Shown here in pieces: positions 18,529-28,137 of a DNA stretch of 64,000 nt. Every line of letters begins with the position of its first letter. The stretch's first letter is position 1. Origin of the DNA: a virus; the IMG/VR virus record IMGVR_UViG_3300042542_002916, positions 1 through 64,000 of that record. The stretch is one strand, 5' to 3'. The notes under the pieces are model-generated. The model saw nothing but the letters and a program-made list of their open reading frames with translations. It was not told the DNA's origin and ran no database searches. Made by a program: the position numbers and the translations under genes.

Positions 18529-20355
18529 ATGACCCAGCGACGAACGGACCTATCAGGTGTACAACTACACCTTGTCAACAATGTACAAGAAGCAAAAAAG
18601 TTCTTGCATTGGCTTGGTGAGCGACGCCCTCATAATGCTATTGCCATTGACACAGAAACTGGTGAGCATCTAGGACGCCCTCGTGCAGATGCGCTCTCTC
18701 CTTGGCATGGTGATTTACGTCTTGTTCAAGTAGGCGATGGCATGACTGGTTGGTCAATCCCTTGGGATGAATGGTCTGGTGTTTTCTACGAAGCAATGGA
18801 CCGATTTGATGGACCTATTGTGTGCCACAATATTGCATTCGAAGCCCGTTGGTTTGCTATTAAATCTCGCTGGCAGATGCCTTGGGAACGTGCACACGAC
18901 ACAATGATTATGGCTCACATTGTTGACCCACTTGGCTCTGGTGCATTGAAGAGTCTTGCATCAACTTATATTGACCCGATGGCTGCACACTTGCAAAGCA
19001 AACTTGATGAAAGCCTTGCAACTAATGGCTGGACTTGGGGCACTGTCCCAACATCATTTGAACCTTATTGGTCTTACGGAGCTCTTGACACTGTTATCAC
19101 AATGCGTCTGTGGGAGATGTATTGGGAGAAGTGTGGACCTGAAGGTCCGTATCACAAGGCTTATGAACTTGAGATGGCTACACGCAAGATTGTTACTCGT
19201 ATGGAAATTAACGGTGCTCGTGTAGATGTTGAGTACTCAAAGAAAAAGTATGAAGAGCTTCTTGACTACACCGAAAAAGTAAAGCTTTGGGCTTATAACA
19301 AATACGGGGCTTCAATTACAAGCAACGTCCAGCTTGTAAAAATTCTTGAAAACCTTGGTGCTGATATTACAGAGTTCACACCGTCTGGTCAGAAGTCTGC
19401 TGGTGCAGACCAACTTAAACAATTAGTAATTGCTGGGAATGAAGAAGTTAAAAACCTTGCAGAAACTGTTTTGCAGCAACGCAAAGCTGACAAACTTGCC
19501 AATACTTACTTCCTTAACTTTATGAATAAGCACGTCAATGGCTTTGTACATCCTTCTGTAAAAACTCTTGGCGCTCGTACCTCTCGTATGTCAATTACTG
19601 ACCCAGCGTTGCAGACTCTTCCTAAGGGCGATGCCACTGTGCGTCGTGCGTTTATTCCGAAGGATGAGGACCATGTATTGATTACCTCAGACCTTGACCA
19701 AGTTGAGTTTCGTATGTTTGCTTCTCTTTCTGCAGATGAGAATCTAATTAAACTTTTTCATATTGCAGACCAAACTGGCTCTGATCCATTTACCGAAATT
19801 GGTCGTCAGGTTTATCAAGACCCAACGATGCAGAAATCAGATAAGCGACGTAACCTCATCAAGGGTGTTGTCTACGGTCGTCTCTACGGTGCTGGAGTGG
19901 CTAAGCAAGCGCTTACTGCTGGAGTTCCAGAGCATCAGATGCGTGAAGTATCAGACTCGTTTGACCTCAACTATCCAGGAATGATGTCTTTCCAAAAACA
20001 GATTGACAATATTGGTCAGCAGAGATTCCGTAATGAAGGTCAGGGCTATGTCTACACATGGACTGGTCGTCGTATTCCTTGCGATGATGACCGTACTTAC
20101 ACACTTGTAAATTATCTAATTCAAGGTGGAGCAGCAGAGATTTTTAAGAGTAACTTAGTAAAACTTGATGCAGCAGATTTAACAGATTATTTAATCGTCC
20201 CAGTGCATGACGAAATTGTTCTACAAGCTCCTCGTAAAGAGGCAGAAGAGATTAAAAAGATTGTTCGTGAATGTATGACAACTACAGAAGGATGGGCCGT
20301 GCCACTTACAGCAGATGTAGATGGACCGTTAGAGAACTGGGGTCAGAAGTATTAA
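18529..20355 (+). CDS. polA: Family A DNA polymerase with 3'-5' exonuclease, lacking a 5'-3' exonuclease domain
   Basis: Exo motifs DTET, HNIAFE and YGALD; motif A DLDQVEFR, motif B KGVVYGRLYG, motif C VHDEI. Confidence 0.95.
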   Translation: MTQRRTDLSGVQLHLVNNVQEAKKFLHWLGERRPHNAIAIDTETGEHLGRPRADALSPWHGDLRLVQVGDGMTGWSIPWDEWSGVFYEAMDRFDGPIVCHNIAFEARWFAIKSRWQMPWERAHDTMIMAHIVDPLGSGALKSLASTYIDPMAAHLQSKLDESLATNGWTWGTVPTSFEPYWSYGALDTVITMRLWEMYWEKCGPEGPYHKAYELEMATRKIVTRMEINGARVDVEYSKKKYEELLDYTEKVKLWAYNKYGASITSNVQLVKILENLGADITEFTPSGQKSAGADQLKQLVIAGNEEVKNLAETVLQQRKADKLANTYFLNFMNKHVNGFVHPSVKTLGARTSRMSITDPALQTLPKGDATVRRAFIPKDEDHVLITSDLDQVEFRMFASLSADENLIKLFHIADQTGSDPFTEIGRQVYQDPTMQKSDKRRNLIKGVVYGRLYGAGVAKQALTAGVPEHQMREVSDSFDLNYPGMMSFQKQIDNIGQQRFRNEGQGYVYTWTGRRIPCDDDRTYTLVNYLIQGGAAEIFKSNLVKLDAADLTDYLIVPVHDEIVLQAPRKEAEEIKKIVRECMTTTEGWAVPLTADVDGPLENWGQKY

Positions 20356-20356
20356 T

Positions 20357-20836
20357 ATGAGTCATGTAGTTCTTGCGGTAGACCCAGGAAAAGCAACTGG
20401 TGTTGCTCTTCTATCTTGGTCAGGAAATCCTGACGAGACACCAGAACGTCTCTACTCAACTGAGTGTCAACCTGATGCTTTTGCTAATGATGTCCTTATT
20501 GGCTTAACTGATTGGAAAAAATATGAGAACTTTAAAGTCGTATGTGAGCGCTTTGTAATTAATGCTGCAACTGCTAGAAACTCTCAAGCTCCTTATAGCC
20601 TTGAGCAGATTGGTGTTCTCAAGCATCTATGCAGGGAAAATGGCTATCCAGTAGATGACATCATATTTCAAGCCCCTGTAGACGCTAAAAATATGTTCCC
20701 CAACAAAGCTCTCCAAACCATCGGCGTGTGGCATAAGGGGGGAGAAGGTCATGCTAATGATGCAATACGACATGGGCTTCTATCTCTAGTTCGCTCAAGA
20801 TGGATTCCTCGTGTACTCTTAGACAAAGAAAAATAA
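20357..20836 (+). CDS. RuvC-like Holliday junction resolvase
   Basis: LAVDPGKATG, VVCERF and HANDAIRH motifs of the RNase H fold. Confidence 0.75.
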   Translation: MSHVVLAVDPGKATGVALLSWSGNPDETPERLYSTECQPDAFANDVLIGLTDWKKYENFKVVCERFVINAATARNSQAPYSLEQIGVLKHLCRENGYPVDDIIFQAPVDAKNMFPNKALQTIGVWHKGGEGHANDAIRHGLLSLVRSRWIPRVLLDKEK

Positions 20837-20848
20837 CTAACAGATAAG

Positions 20849-20878
20849 TTGCAGTTTTTCATCAAATCGTGTTAGTAT
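20849..20878 (+). promoter_or_regulatory. Sigma70/SigA-type promoter for the helicase operon
   Basis: TTGCAG-18 nt-TAGTAT with an extended -10 TG. Confidence 0.55.
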
Positions 20879-20906
20879 GTGACATAGCGACGAAAGAAGG
20901 TAGCAA

Positions 20907-22706
20907 GTGCCAATAACAGTGGACCTCGACAAAGAGAAATCCCACATATTGATTACCGCAGAATGGCGGTACAAGGAACTCTGTAAATCCTTGCCCGGCT
21001 CCTCTTGGAGTCAAGATGAGCAGGTATGGAGAGTCCCTCTTAGTTGGTCCAGTTGCCTTGCTTTACGCTCCACTTTTCGTGATGATTTGACTATTGGCCC
21101 AGAGCTTACAGACTGGGCCAGTAACGAATTAAACACCCGTATAAGCCCCTCAATGGCCCTCAGAGAGCTTGAAACAGCCGAGGGGGACGAAGACCTATTC
21201 CCACATCAAAGAGCTGGCGTAGCCTTCCTAGCGACTGCTAAACGAGCCCTTTTGGCAGATGAGCCGGGTCTTGGTAAGACCGCTCAGGCTATCCGTGCCC
21301 TCAAGAAATTACAGGAGAATGGTGAGGAAGTCTTTCCTGCACTTATTGTCTGTCCTAATACCCTCAAGAAGAACTGGGCTCGTGAATTCAAGACTTGGTG
21401 GCCTGAAGTTACTACTCAGGTAATTAAGGGGACTTCTGCCCAGCGTAAGAAACAATTTGAATCAAACGCAGATGTCTACATCATCAACTGGGAGTCCTTG
21501 CGTACACATTCACGACTTGCCCCATACGGATCAGTTGCCTTAACACGCTGCTCCACATGCGGTGGTCACGATGAAGCAATAAGTGAAAACCGTTGTGAGG
21601 TTCACCTTCGTGAACTAAACAAGATTGATTTTAAAGCTGTTGTTGCAGACGAAATCCACCGCTCTAAGGAACCTAAGTCAAAGCAGACTCGTGCTCTTTG
21701 GTCAGCAACTGGAGACGCTCAGATTCGTTTTGCTCTTACTGGAACACCAATTGCAAATAACGTTGTTGACTTGTGGGCGATTCTTCACTGGCTATCCCCT
21801 AAAGACTGGCCTTCAAAGACAAAGTGGATTGACCGAATGATTGACACGATGCTTAATGCATTTGGTGGGATGCTTGTAATTGGGGTAAAGCCTCACATGC
21901 AGGATGAGTTTTATAAAGCAATTAATCCGCATATGCGCCGTATGCTTAAGTCCGTTGTGCTTCCATGGCTTCCAGAAATTATTAACGAACGCCGTGATGT
22001 TGAGATGTCGACTAAGCAAAAGAAAGCTTACGAGCAGATGCGTGACACCATGATTGCAGAGCTTGAATCTGGTGATGCACTTACTGCCCCAAGTATCTTG
22101 ACTCAAACAACACGACTTGTTCAGTTTGCTAGTTCTTACGCAACTATGGAAGTAAACGAAACAACAGGGGAGATGAAAGCAAGATTGTCAGACCCCTCCT
22201 GTAAAGTCGATGCTCTGATGGATGATATTTCTCATGGTGACTTTGGTGATGATTCAGTAGCGGTATGTGCTGTATCTCGTCAGTTGATTGAACTTCTTAG
22301 CGCCGCTATGACCAAGGCAAAGATTGACCACGGTCTTATTACTGGTGCTCAAGATGAAGATGAACGACAGAAAGCTATTGATGATTTCCAGTCTGGGAAG
22401 ATTAAATGGATTCTATTTACAGCACAGGCTGGCGGTGTGGGTGTGACCTTGACTGCTGCCCGTAGGCTGATTATGCTTCAGAGGCCGTGGTCATTAGTTG
22501 ACCATAAGCAAGCTTTGGATCGCGTTCATAGAATTGGTTCCGAAATTCACGATTCAGTGATTATCACTGATTACGTTACTGAAGGAACTATTGAAGAACG
22601 TGTATTGCAAGTGCTAGAAACAAAAGCAGATAACTTTGAGCAAATTGTCCGTGACAAAGACCAACTACTCAGGGTTCTAAAAGACGATAAGGCAGGAGTC
22701 CTATGA
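20907..22706 (+). CDS. SNF2-family (SF2) helicase
   Basis: LADEPGLGKT, DEIH, LTGTP and QALDRVHRIG motifs; Zn-finger insert CSTC..RCEVH. Confidence 0.92.
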   Translation: MPITVDLDKEKSHILITAEWRYKELCKSLPGSSWSQDEQVWRVPLSWSSCLALRSTFRDDLTIGPELTDWASNELNTRISPSMALRELETAEGDEDLFPHQRAGVAFLATAKRALLADEPGLGKTAQAIRALKKLQENGEEVFPALIVCPNTLKKNWAREFKTWWPEVTTQVIKGTSAQRKKQFESNADVYIINWESLRTHSRLAPYGSVALTRCSTCGGHDEAISENRCEVHLRELNKIDFKAVVADEIHRSKEPKSKQTRALWSATGDAQIRFALTGTPIANNVVDLWAILHWLSPKDWPSKTKWIDRMIDTMLNAFGGMLVIGVKPHMQDEFYKAINPHMRRMLKSVVLPWLPEIINERRDVEMSTKQKKAYEQMRDTMIAELESGDALTAPSILTQTTRLVQFASSYATMEVNETTGEMKARLSDPSCKVDALMDDISHGDFGDDSVAVCAVSRQLIELLSAAMTKAKIDHGLITGAQDEDERQKAIDDFQSGKIKWILFTAQAGGVGVTLTAARRLIMLQRPWSLVDHKQALDRVHRIGSEIHDSVIITDYVTEGTIEERVLQVLETKADNFEQIVRDKDQLLRVLKDDKAGVL

Positions 22707-23632
22707 GTGAAGTAGTTAGACTTTCAAACTCTGAAATTCAAACATTTAAAGATTGTCGCCGTCGTTGGTGGTTTAGTTACTACCGACGCTTGCAACCAAA
22801 GTACAAAGACTCTACTGGTGCTCTTGCATTAGGAACTCGTATCCACGCAGCACTTGACGATTATTATGCAAATGGAACTAACCTTCTGACTGCACACAAT
22901 AATCTTGTCAACACCGAGAAAGCTGTTTTGCTTGAGAAGTTTCTTGATGTATCTGAACTTGAAAAAGAAGCAGAGCTTGGTCACATCATGCTTGAGGGTT
23001 ATCTTCAGTGGGTTGAAGAGAACGGAATTGACGCAGAGCTTGAGATGATTTCAACTGAAGAAATTATTACTGCACCGCTCTTCAATGGTGAGGTTGAACT
23101 TACTGGAAAGCTTGACATGCGTGTTCGTCGCAAAGGTGACGGTGTTCGTATGTTCCGCGATTTCAAAACTGTAGGTGGGTCTCTTGGAGACTTTGCAAAT
23201 CTTGCACCTATGAATGAACAGATTCTTACCTACATGCTTCTTGAAGCAACAAAGGTGGATGAGACGGAGCGCTCAGACGGAGGTATCTTCACAATGTTGA
23301 AGAAGGTTCGTCGTTCTGCAGCAGCACGACCACCTTTCTATGACCAGATAGAGGTCAGACACAATATCTTCACCTTGCGTTCCTTCTGGGATCGCATTCA
23401 TGGGACGATTACGGACTTGATGAGAGTTCGTACTGCCCTTGATAAGGGGGAGAGCCCTGCATTCCATGCGTATCCGAGCCCGTCTCGTGATTGCAAATGG
23501 AAATGCAAGTTTTACTCTGTATGCACTCTCGTCGATGATGGAAGTGCATCAGAGCAAGCAATAAGTGAAATGTATGAAGTCGCAGACCCATACGCATATT
23601 ACGGAAACAACGAAACAAAAGGAAACGAGTGA
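22703..23632 (+). CDS. Cas4/RecB-like PD-(D/E)xK exonuclease
   Basis: FKDCRRRW, GKLDMR..RDFKT and C-terminal DCKWKC..VC Fe-S cysteines. Confidence 0.85.
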   Translation: MSEVVRLSNSEIQTFKDCRRRWWFSYYRRLQPKYKDSTGALALGTRIHAALDDYYANGTNLLTAHNNLVNTEKAVLLEKFLDVSELEKEAELGHIMLEGYLQWVEENGIDAELEMISTEEIITAPLFNGEVELTGKLDMRVRRKGDGVRMFRDFKTVGGSLGDFANLAPMNEQILTYMLLEATKVDETERSDGGIFTMLKKVRRSAAARPPFYDQIEVRHNIFTLRSFWDRIHGTITDLMRVRTALDKGESPAFHAYPSPSRDCKWKCKFYSVCTLVDDGSASEQAISEMYEVADPYAYYGNNETKGNE

Positions 23633-23635
23633 CAC

Positions 23636-24439
23636 ATGAGTGAGATACAACGGTCATTGACCGTAATGGTTTACGGAGAATCAAAAGTAGGTAAATCTTC
23701 TTTTGCCGTAACCGCGCCATATCCACGTCTTATGCTTGACGTTGAAGGTGGGCACAGATTCCTACCTATCATCGTTAAGTACTGGGACCCATTGAGAGAA
23801 GAACCACCTCTTGCAGATGGTACTTGGGACACCTGTGTTGTCACTGTCCGTGACTACGACACGGTTATCAAGACGTATCAGTGGTTGCAGTTAGGTAAGC
23901 ACCACTTCAAGAGCTTGATTATTGACTCTATTTCAGAGTTGCAAGTCAAGTGCATGGACAGCATTGCTGGAAACGAACAAATGAAGATGCAACAGTGGGG
24001 CGAACTTCTTCGTCACATGGGTGGTCTACTTCGTGACCTTCGTGACCTTACGATGCACCCAACTAATCCACTTGAGGCTGTCGTATTAACAGCGATGTCT
24101 CGTGTGACGCAGGATGGAAAGCATCGTCCATACTTGCAAGGACAACTTGCAATTCAAGCACCATATTTTTACGACATTCTTGGTGCTCTAACAATTGAGC
24201 AGTTCCCTAACCCAGACCCTCTTCAACCTCCTTATAAAGTTCGTCGTATGTATGTCGAACGAACAAATGAGTATGAAGCAGGGGAGCGTGTGCAAGGAAG
24301 ACTTGGCGCAATTGTAGAACAAGAAAAGCTTTCAATTGAGACAATGCTCAATGAGATTTTCGGTCCGAAACAAATAGTTTCGGCTGGGAAAACAACAACA
24401 ACAACAACAAACAAGAAAGAAACAGAGGTACCAGCGTGA
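23636..24439 (+). CDS. AAA_24/Sak4-like ATPase (recombinase)
   Basis: Walker A YGESKVGKS and Walker B LIIDSISE; lies between the exonuclease and SSB-like genes. Confidence 0.8.
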   Translation: MSEIQRSLTVMVYGESKVGKSSFAVTAPYPRLMLDVEGGHRFLPIIVKYWDPLREEPPLADGTWDTCVVTVRDYDTVIKTYQWLQLGKHHFKSLIIDSISELQVKCMDSIAGNEQMKMQQWGELLRHMGGLLRDLRDLTMHPTNPLEAVVLTAMSRVTQDGKHRPYLQGQLAIQAPYFYDILGALTIEQFPNPDPLQPPYKVRRMYVERTNEYEAGERVQGRLGAIVEQEKLSIETMLNEIFGPKQIVSAGKTTTTTTNKKETEVPA

Positions 24440-24945
24440 GTTCGCTAAATTGGTCAGACCTTATTAAAGATGCGGGAGAGACCGCATCATACGAAGCCCT
24501 TCCAGACGGAGATTACGATCTCGTTGTATTAGAAGGAACTGCAAAAGTAACACAGTCAGGTAAAACCATGTTTGCTCTTAAGGCGCAGGTTGAAACTGGT
24601 GCACACGCTAAGCGTCTTGTTTGGGATAACCTCGTTGTTTCTCCAGACAATCCGACAGCACTCGGAATTTTCTTCCGCAAAATGCACTCGCTTGGTCTTA
24701 GCAAAGATTTCTTTGACCGTGCACCAAGCAACGCTCAGATTGAGCAGGCAATGGTTGGTCGTAAGTTTCGTGGTCAAATTGGTTCACGAACCTATAACGG
24801 CAACAAAAAGAATGAAATTAAGAATTACTACCCAGCAAGCGGAGCAACAACTGCTGCTCCACAAACGGCTGCAGCAGCACCAGCTCCTGCACCAGCTCCA
24901 GCGCCTGCGCCAGCCCCAGCAGCAGCACCTTCATCACCGTTCTAA
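24436..24945 (+). CDS. DUF669-like ssDNA-binding protein with an Ala-Pro tail
   Basis: ALPDGDYD..VWDNLV..KKNEIKNY; (AP)n tail ending in PF. Confidence 0.75.
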   Translation: MSSLNWSDLIKDAGETASYEALPDGDYDLVVLEGTAKVTQSGKTMFALKAQVETGAHAKRLVWDNLVVSPDNPTALGIFFRKMHSLGLSKDFFDRAPSNAQIEQAMVGRKFRGQIGSRTYNGNKKNEIKNYYPASGATTAAPQTAAAAPAPAPAPAPAPAPAAAPSSPF

Positions 24946-24967
24946 TAAACGTTGTTGAGAAGTTTGG

Positions 24968-25003
24968 GAAACCGTCCAGTCGAAAGGCTGGGCGGTTTTC
25001 TAA
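24968..25003 (+). terminator. Hairpin terminator after the SSB-like gene
   Basis: GAAACCGTCCAGTC-GAAA-GGCTGGGCGGTTTTC stem with a GNRA tetraloop. Confidence 0.75.
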
Positions 25004-25032
25004 TTAATAGAAAGTTTTAGGAAGGTAACACA

Positions 25033-26061
25033 ATGAAAGTACTTATAACTGGATGTACGGCGCAACAAGCGTCTAGTAAAACAGCATTAAGGACTCCAAC
25101 ATTTTCTACTCTTATTGCTCAAGCCTTAAAAGATGGTGGAGCTTCTGTAGTAATTGCAGAGCCATCTATCTACATGAATAAAGAGGCTTTACAAGAGTAC
25201 GACACAGTTTTAGTCGGGATAGCACCGCCGACAAGTCTCTCTGCTAACAAGATTTACCCAGCTTTTTCTGTTGCCTCAAAGGCAAGGAAGATTGGGAATC
25301 TTGCTCTTTTCTTAGACGCTCCAGAGCAGTACAAACTTCAATCATCGTTAAAGTCATGCTATTTAAACATGTCTGACTTGCAGAAAGAGTTTTACAGCAG
25401 AAGAAAAAGTTATTCTGATCTTGTAAAAAATGATGAGCTAAAACGCGAAGTCTATGGCTTTATTGAATTTCTATATAATGAAGAATGGCCTACAACTCTC
25501 TATCCATCTTTTCCGTGGATGAGTCACGCTAAGGTCTCTCAGGCAATTCCAAATACAAACGCAAAGAACCTTGCCCCAATAAGTGTTGACGCATACCTGC
25601 TTAGGCAGCCTTATGTAGCCCCTGATTTCTCTATAACAAAAGAGTATTGGACATGCGATTCAATTAAATCAAGTTGGTCGCGCTCTATCTCTGGGACTCT
25701 TCGTTACGAAGTTGTTCCAACTAGAACAAACCGTTGGGAAAGCCTTGAAGATACTCAGCAGAGGATTAGAAGGTCCATAGGAACCTTGGTATCTGTATAC
25801 CGTTCTAACGAGCCTTGGTGGTCGCCAGCTCTTGCACAGAGCCTTGCAAACGGCGTTCCCGTTGTCACTGACTGGCGTCAAAGCTCTGCATTAGGTCTTG
25901 AGTGGACTCATCTAGCAAGCACAGTTGAAACCCTGACGGATTCAGAAAGATTCAATCTTTCTGCTGCTCAAAAAGAATCATATCTAAAAGCGATACCTAC
26001 ATGGAAAGAAACAGTTGAAGATCTATTACAAACTATTTCTCTAAAAGAAGTATCCATCTAA
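25033..26061 (+). CDS. Putative GT-B fold glycosyltransferase-like protein, possibly acting on DNA
   Basis: MKVLITG N-terminal strand, LFLDAP and C-terminal WWSPALAQSLANGVPVVTD resemble GT-B C-terminal motifs; located in the replication module. Confidence 0.45.
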   Translation: MKVLITGCTAQQASSKTALRTPTFSTLIAQALKDGGASVVIAEPSIYMNKEALQEYDTVLVGIAPPTSLSANKIYPAFSVASKARKIGNLALFLDAPEQYKLQSSLKSCYLNMSDLQKEFYSRRKSYSDLVKNDELKREVYGFIEFLYNEEWPTTLYPSFPWMSHAKVSQAIPNTNAKNLAPISVDAYLLRQPYVAPDFSITKEYWTCDSIKSSWSRSISGTLRYEVVPTRTNRWESLEDTQQRIRRSIGTLVSVYRSNEPWWSPALAQSLANGVPVVTDWRQSSALGLEWTHLASTVETLTDSERFNLSAAQKESYLKAIPTWKETVEDLLQTISLKEVSI

Positions 26062-26063
26062 TC

Positions 26064-26092
26064 TTTACTAAACAACTAAAACACACTAGAAT
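26064..26092 (+). promoter_or_regulatory. SigA-type promoter
   Basis: TTTACT-17 nt-TAGAAT upstream of AAAGGAG RBS. Confidence 0.55.
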
Positions 26093-26113
26093 CTATATCG
26101 AAAGGAGTCTTTC

Positions 26114-26539
26114 ATGGGAGAGCTCGATATGAACTGGGTTAAGTCTCAGTTGCAAGCAGCAAAAGTCCGAAAGCCAGTAGGCGATGCAACACTCAAACTT
26201 GTTGAACTGTTTGATTCTTTAGAGAATCTAACTCCAGAGTTCAAAAATACAACAATTGAGATGTTCTCAAAACTAGCTCTTGGTCATATTGTTATCAAAG
26301 AAAACAAGAATGAAAGCTGGAGCCAAGTACGCCCTGGCGATATAAAAGTAGCAGAAGAGGTTCGTGTAAAGGCAGATGCTTTTGATGGCGAACTTGGGAT
26401 GCTGCATAACGGTCGTCGTGGTGTTGTAGTTGGTGTTCGTTACGGAGATGTCATTGTAAAGATGACTGACGGAAAAGAACCAGCTCTTGAAGGGGCTCAC
26501 TATCCGCCTCAGAAACTTGAAAAACTAATCCTTACATGA
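26114..26539 (+). CDS. Hypothetical protein with a C-terminal SH3/KOW-like beta domain
   Basis: VRVKADA..NGRRGVVVGVRYGDVIVKMTDG pattern; strong RBS. Confidence 0.6.
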   Translation: MGELDMNWVKSQLQAAKVRKPVGDATLKLVELFDSLENLTPEFKNTTIEMFSKLALGHIVIKENKNESWSQVRPGDIKVAEEVRVKADAFDGELGMLHNGRRGVVVGVRYGDVIVKMTDGKEPALEGAHYPPQKLEKLILT

Positions 26540-26787
26540 GAACAACAACTTTAAAATTTGTTGTTTTTGGAGATAGCTACGAAGAGTTATCTGAAGCTGC
26601 TGACGCAGCTATCTCCAAGTTTTTAGGTGCTCATAGTGAAGACGAAGAAGACGAAGAGTTTGAACCTGAACCACCGAGTCACTCTATTAACTATGAATTA
26701 ATTGTCTCAGAGATTACTGAAATAACAAGTGAATATCAATATACAGCCGAAGTCATAGCGAGGATAAAAGATGTCAGACAACAATAA
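26536..26787 (+). CDS. Hypothetical acidic protein
   Basis: ATGA coupling to the upstream gene. Confidence 0.6.
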   Translation: MRTTTLKFVVFGDSYEELSEAADAAISKFLGAHSEDEEDEEFEPEPPSHSINYELIVSEITEITSEYQYTAEVIARIKDVRQQ

Positions 26788-27139
26788 CAAGACTGAAACA
26801 TCAAACCCAATTAACTCAACAAACGTAACTTATACAGTTAATACTGAAGAGACACCTACAAGAGTTGAAGCTCTTCGCGAGGCTGCTCGAATTATTAATG
26901 GAGACCGTAATAAACAATATGGTGGTCCAGAAGAAAACTTTACTAACATTGCAAAAGTATGGTCAGTACTTTTTCAACGTGAGTTCACAACAGAAGATGT
27001 AGCTATGGCAATGATTGGCGTTAAACTCGCTAGGTTTGTTGCTAACTCTGGATTCCAACCAGACACTTGGATTGATATTGCTGGCTATGCTGGCTGTGGT
27101 TATGAGGTTGCAAAGAAGCTATACAACGAGCCTAAGTAA
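26771..27139 (+). CDS. DUF6378-like protein
   Basis: EAARIINGDRNKQYG.PEENF..IA..WS...VKLAR...DTWIDIAGYA signature. Confidence 0.75.
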   Translation: MSDNNNKTETSNPINSTNVTYTVNTEETPTRVEALREAARIINGDRNKQYGGPEENFTNIAKVWSVLFQREFTTEDVAMAMIGVKLARFVANSGFQPDTWIDIAGYAGCGYEVAKKLYNEPK

Positions 27140-27150
27140 AGGACCTATAT

Positions 27151-27432
27151 ATGACCTTAAAAGGCCCGTGGGATTTCACAGAACCAGCTTGTGCTCAAGT
27201 TGGAACTACATTTTTTTATCTTAAAGATTTAGACGACCCAGACCAAGGTATGGAAGAAGGCAATTATTTAATTGCCAAAAAAATTTGTAACACTTGCATT
27301 CATAAAATTGAATGCGCTCGTTGGGGTATTGCTAATGAGGCGCATGGGGTGTGGGGCGGTCTGACACCAAAAGAACGTCGCTCTCTTAAACGCGGGAGAA
27401 GCTCTCATCTTTTAGAACCCCTACTCCAGTAG
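27151..27432 (+). CDS. whiB: WhiB-family transcription factor
   Basis: Four Cys (C..CNTC..C) plus the GVWGG turn and ERR. Confidence 0.9.
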   Translation: MTLKGPWDFTEPACAQVGTTFFYLKDLDDPDQGMEEGNYLIAKKICNTCIHKIECARWGIANEAHGVWGGLTPKERRSLKRGRSSHLLEPLLQ

Positions 27433-27448
27433 GGAGTAAACTAGGTAT

Positions 27449-27751
27449 ATGAGTGGTGAACAACTTCAAGCCCCTATGTCCCTCTGCGAGGTGTGCTGGT
27501 TAAAAGACCATGCCAGATGGGAACCAGAAAGTATGGACAGCAGTGGAGACATTCTTATGCGTCTAACTGGGGTCGATGTCCCAGTGAAGGTGAATACTGG
27601 AGCTGTAGAAGTCTGCACGAATTGCGGCAACATTACGGTGGCTGGCATCTTTGAGATGCAAGATCCAAAAGTTGTTTTCTTCACGACGGATAATCTTCCT
27701 ACTAGCTCATTAACCTCCCTAAGAGAAAAAGAAGAGGAAGGTGAGATATGA
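27449..27751 (+). CDS. Hypothetical protein with two CxxC motifs, probably leaderless
   Basis: CEVC and CTNC; TAAACT (27437-27442) lies 6 nt before the ATG. Confidence 0.6.
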   Translation: MSGEQLQAPMSLCEVCWLKDHARWEPESMDSSGDILMRLTGVDVPVKVNTGAVEVCTNCGNITVAGIFEMQDPKVVFFTTDNLPTSSLTSLREKEEEGEI

Positions 27752-28083
27752 AGGATGTAAGAATTGGTGAGTCTCTTTGGAATGAATGGAGCGGCTCTGG
27801 CTACTACGAAGTCACCGAAACAGATCTTATTTATTTCACTGAAGACCATGTAGATATGGACAATGAGATAGTCCGTAGAGCTCTTGCTTCTACCCTACAA
27901 AGAGACGGTATCTCAGACTCATTATCTGATGGGTTCAAACTTATTATTGATGGCTATGTTGAGTTTGGTTGGGCTGGCATCATAGAAGGTGAAAAAGAAT
28001 GGACAGTCTGCGATGAGCATGGCGAAACAAATTACGGTGATTTTGTAGAAGATATAATCGCTGTTACTTGGATAGAAATTTAG
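27748..28083 (+). CDS. Hypothetical acidic protein
   Basis: ATGA coupling; AGGTGA RBS. Confidence 0.6.
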   Translation: MKDVRIGESLWNEWSGSGYYEVTETDLIYFTEDHVDMDNEIVRRALASTLQRDGISDSLSDGFKLIIDGYVEFGWAGIIEGEKEWTVCDEHGETNYGDFVEDIIAVTWIEI

Positions 28084-28137
28084 TGTTTTAGTTCTATAGT
28101 TGATAACTTTTTATTAAAAGTAGGTTAGTATAGTTAT

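Noticed and set aside
22703-23632. Cas4-like gene as part of a CRISPR-Cas system
   Set aside because: Stand-alone phage exonuclease in an exonuclease-ATPase-SSB recombination cassette; no other cas genes or array.
24390-24412. (ACA)n microsatellite as a phase-variation switch
   Set aside because: Trinucleotide unit in a disordered C-terminal tail; length changes would not shift the frame.
18529-27139. Z-genome (2-aminoadenine) or 7-deazaguanine pathway
   Set aside because: No PurZ, DatZ, QueC/D/E, FolE or DpdA motifs recognised in the window.
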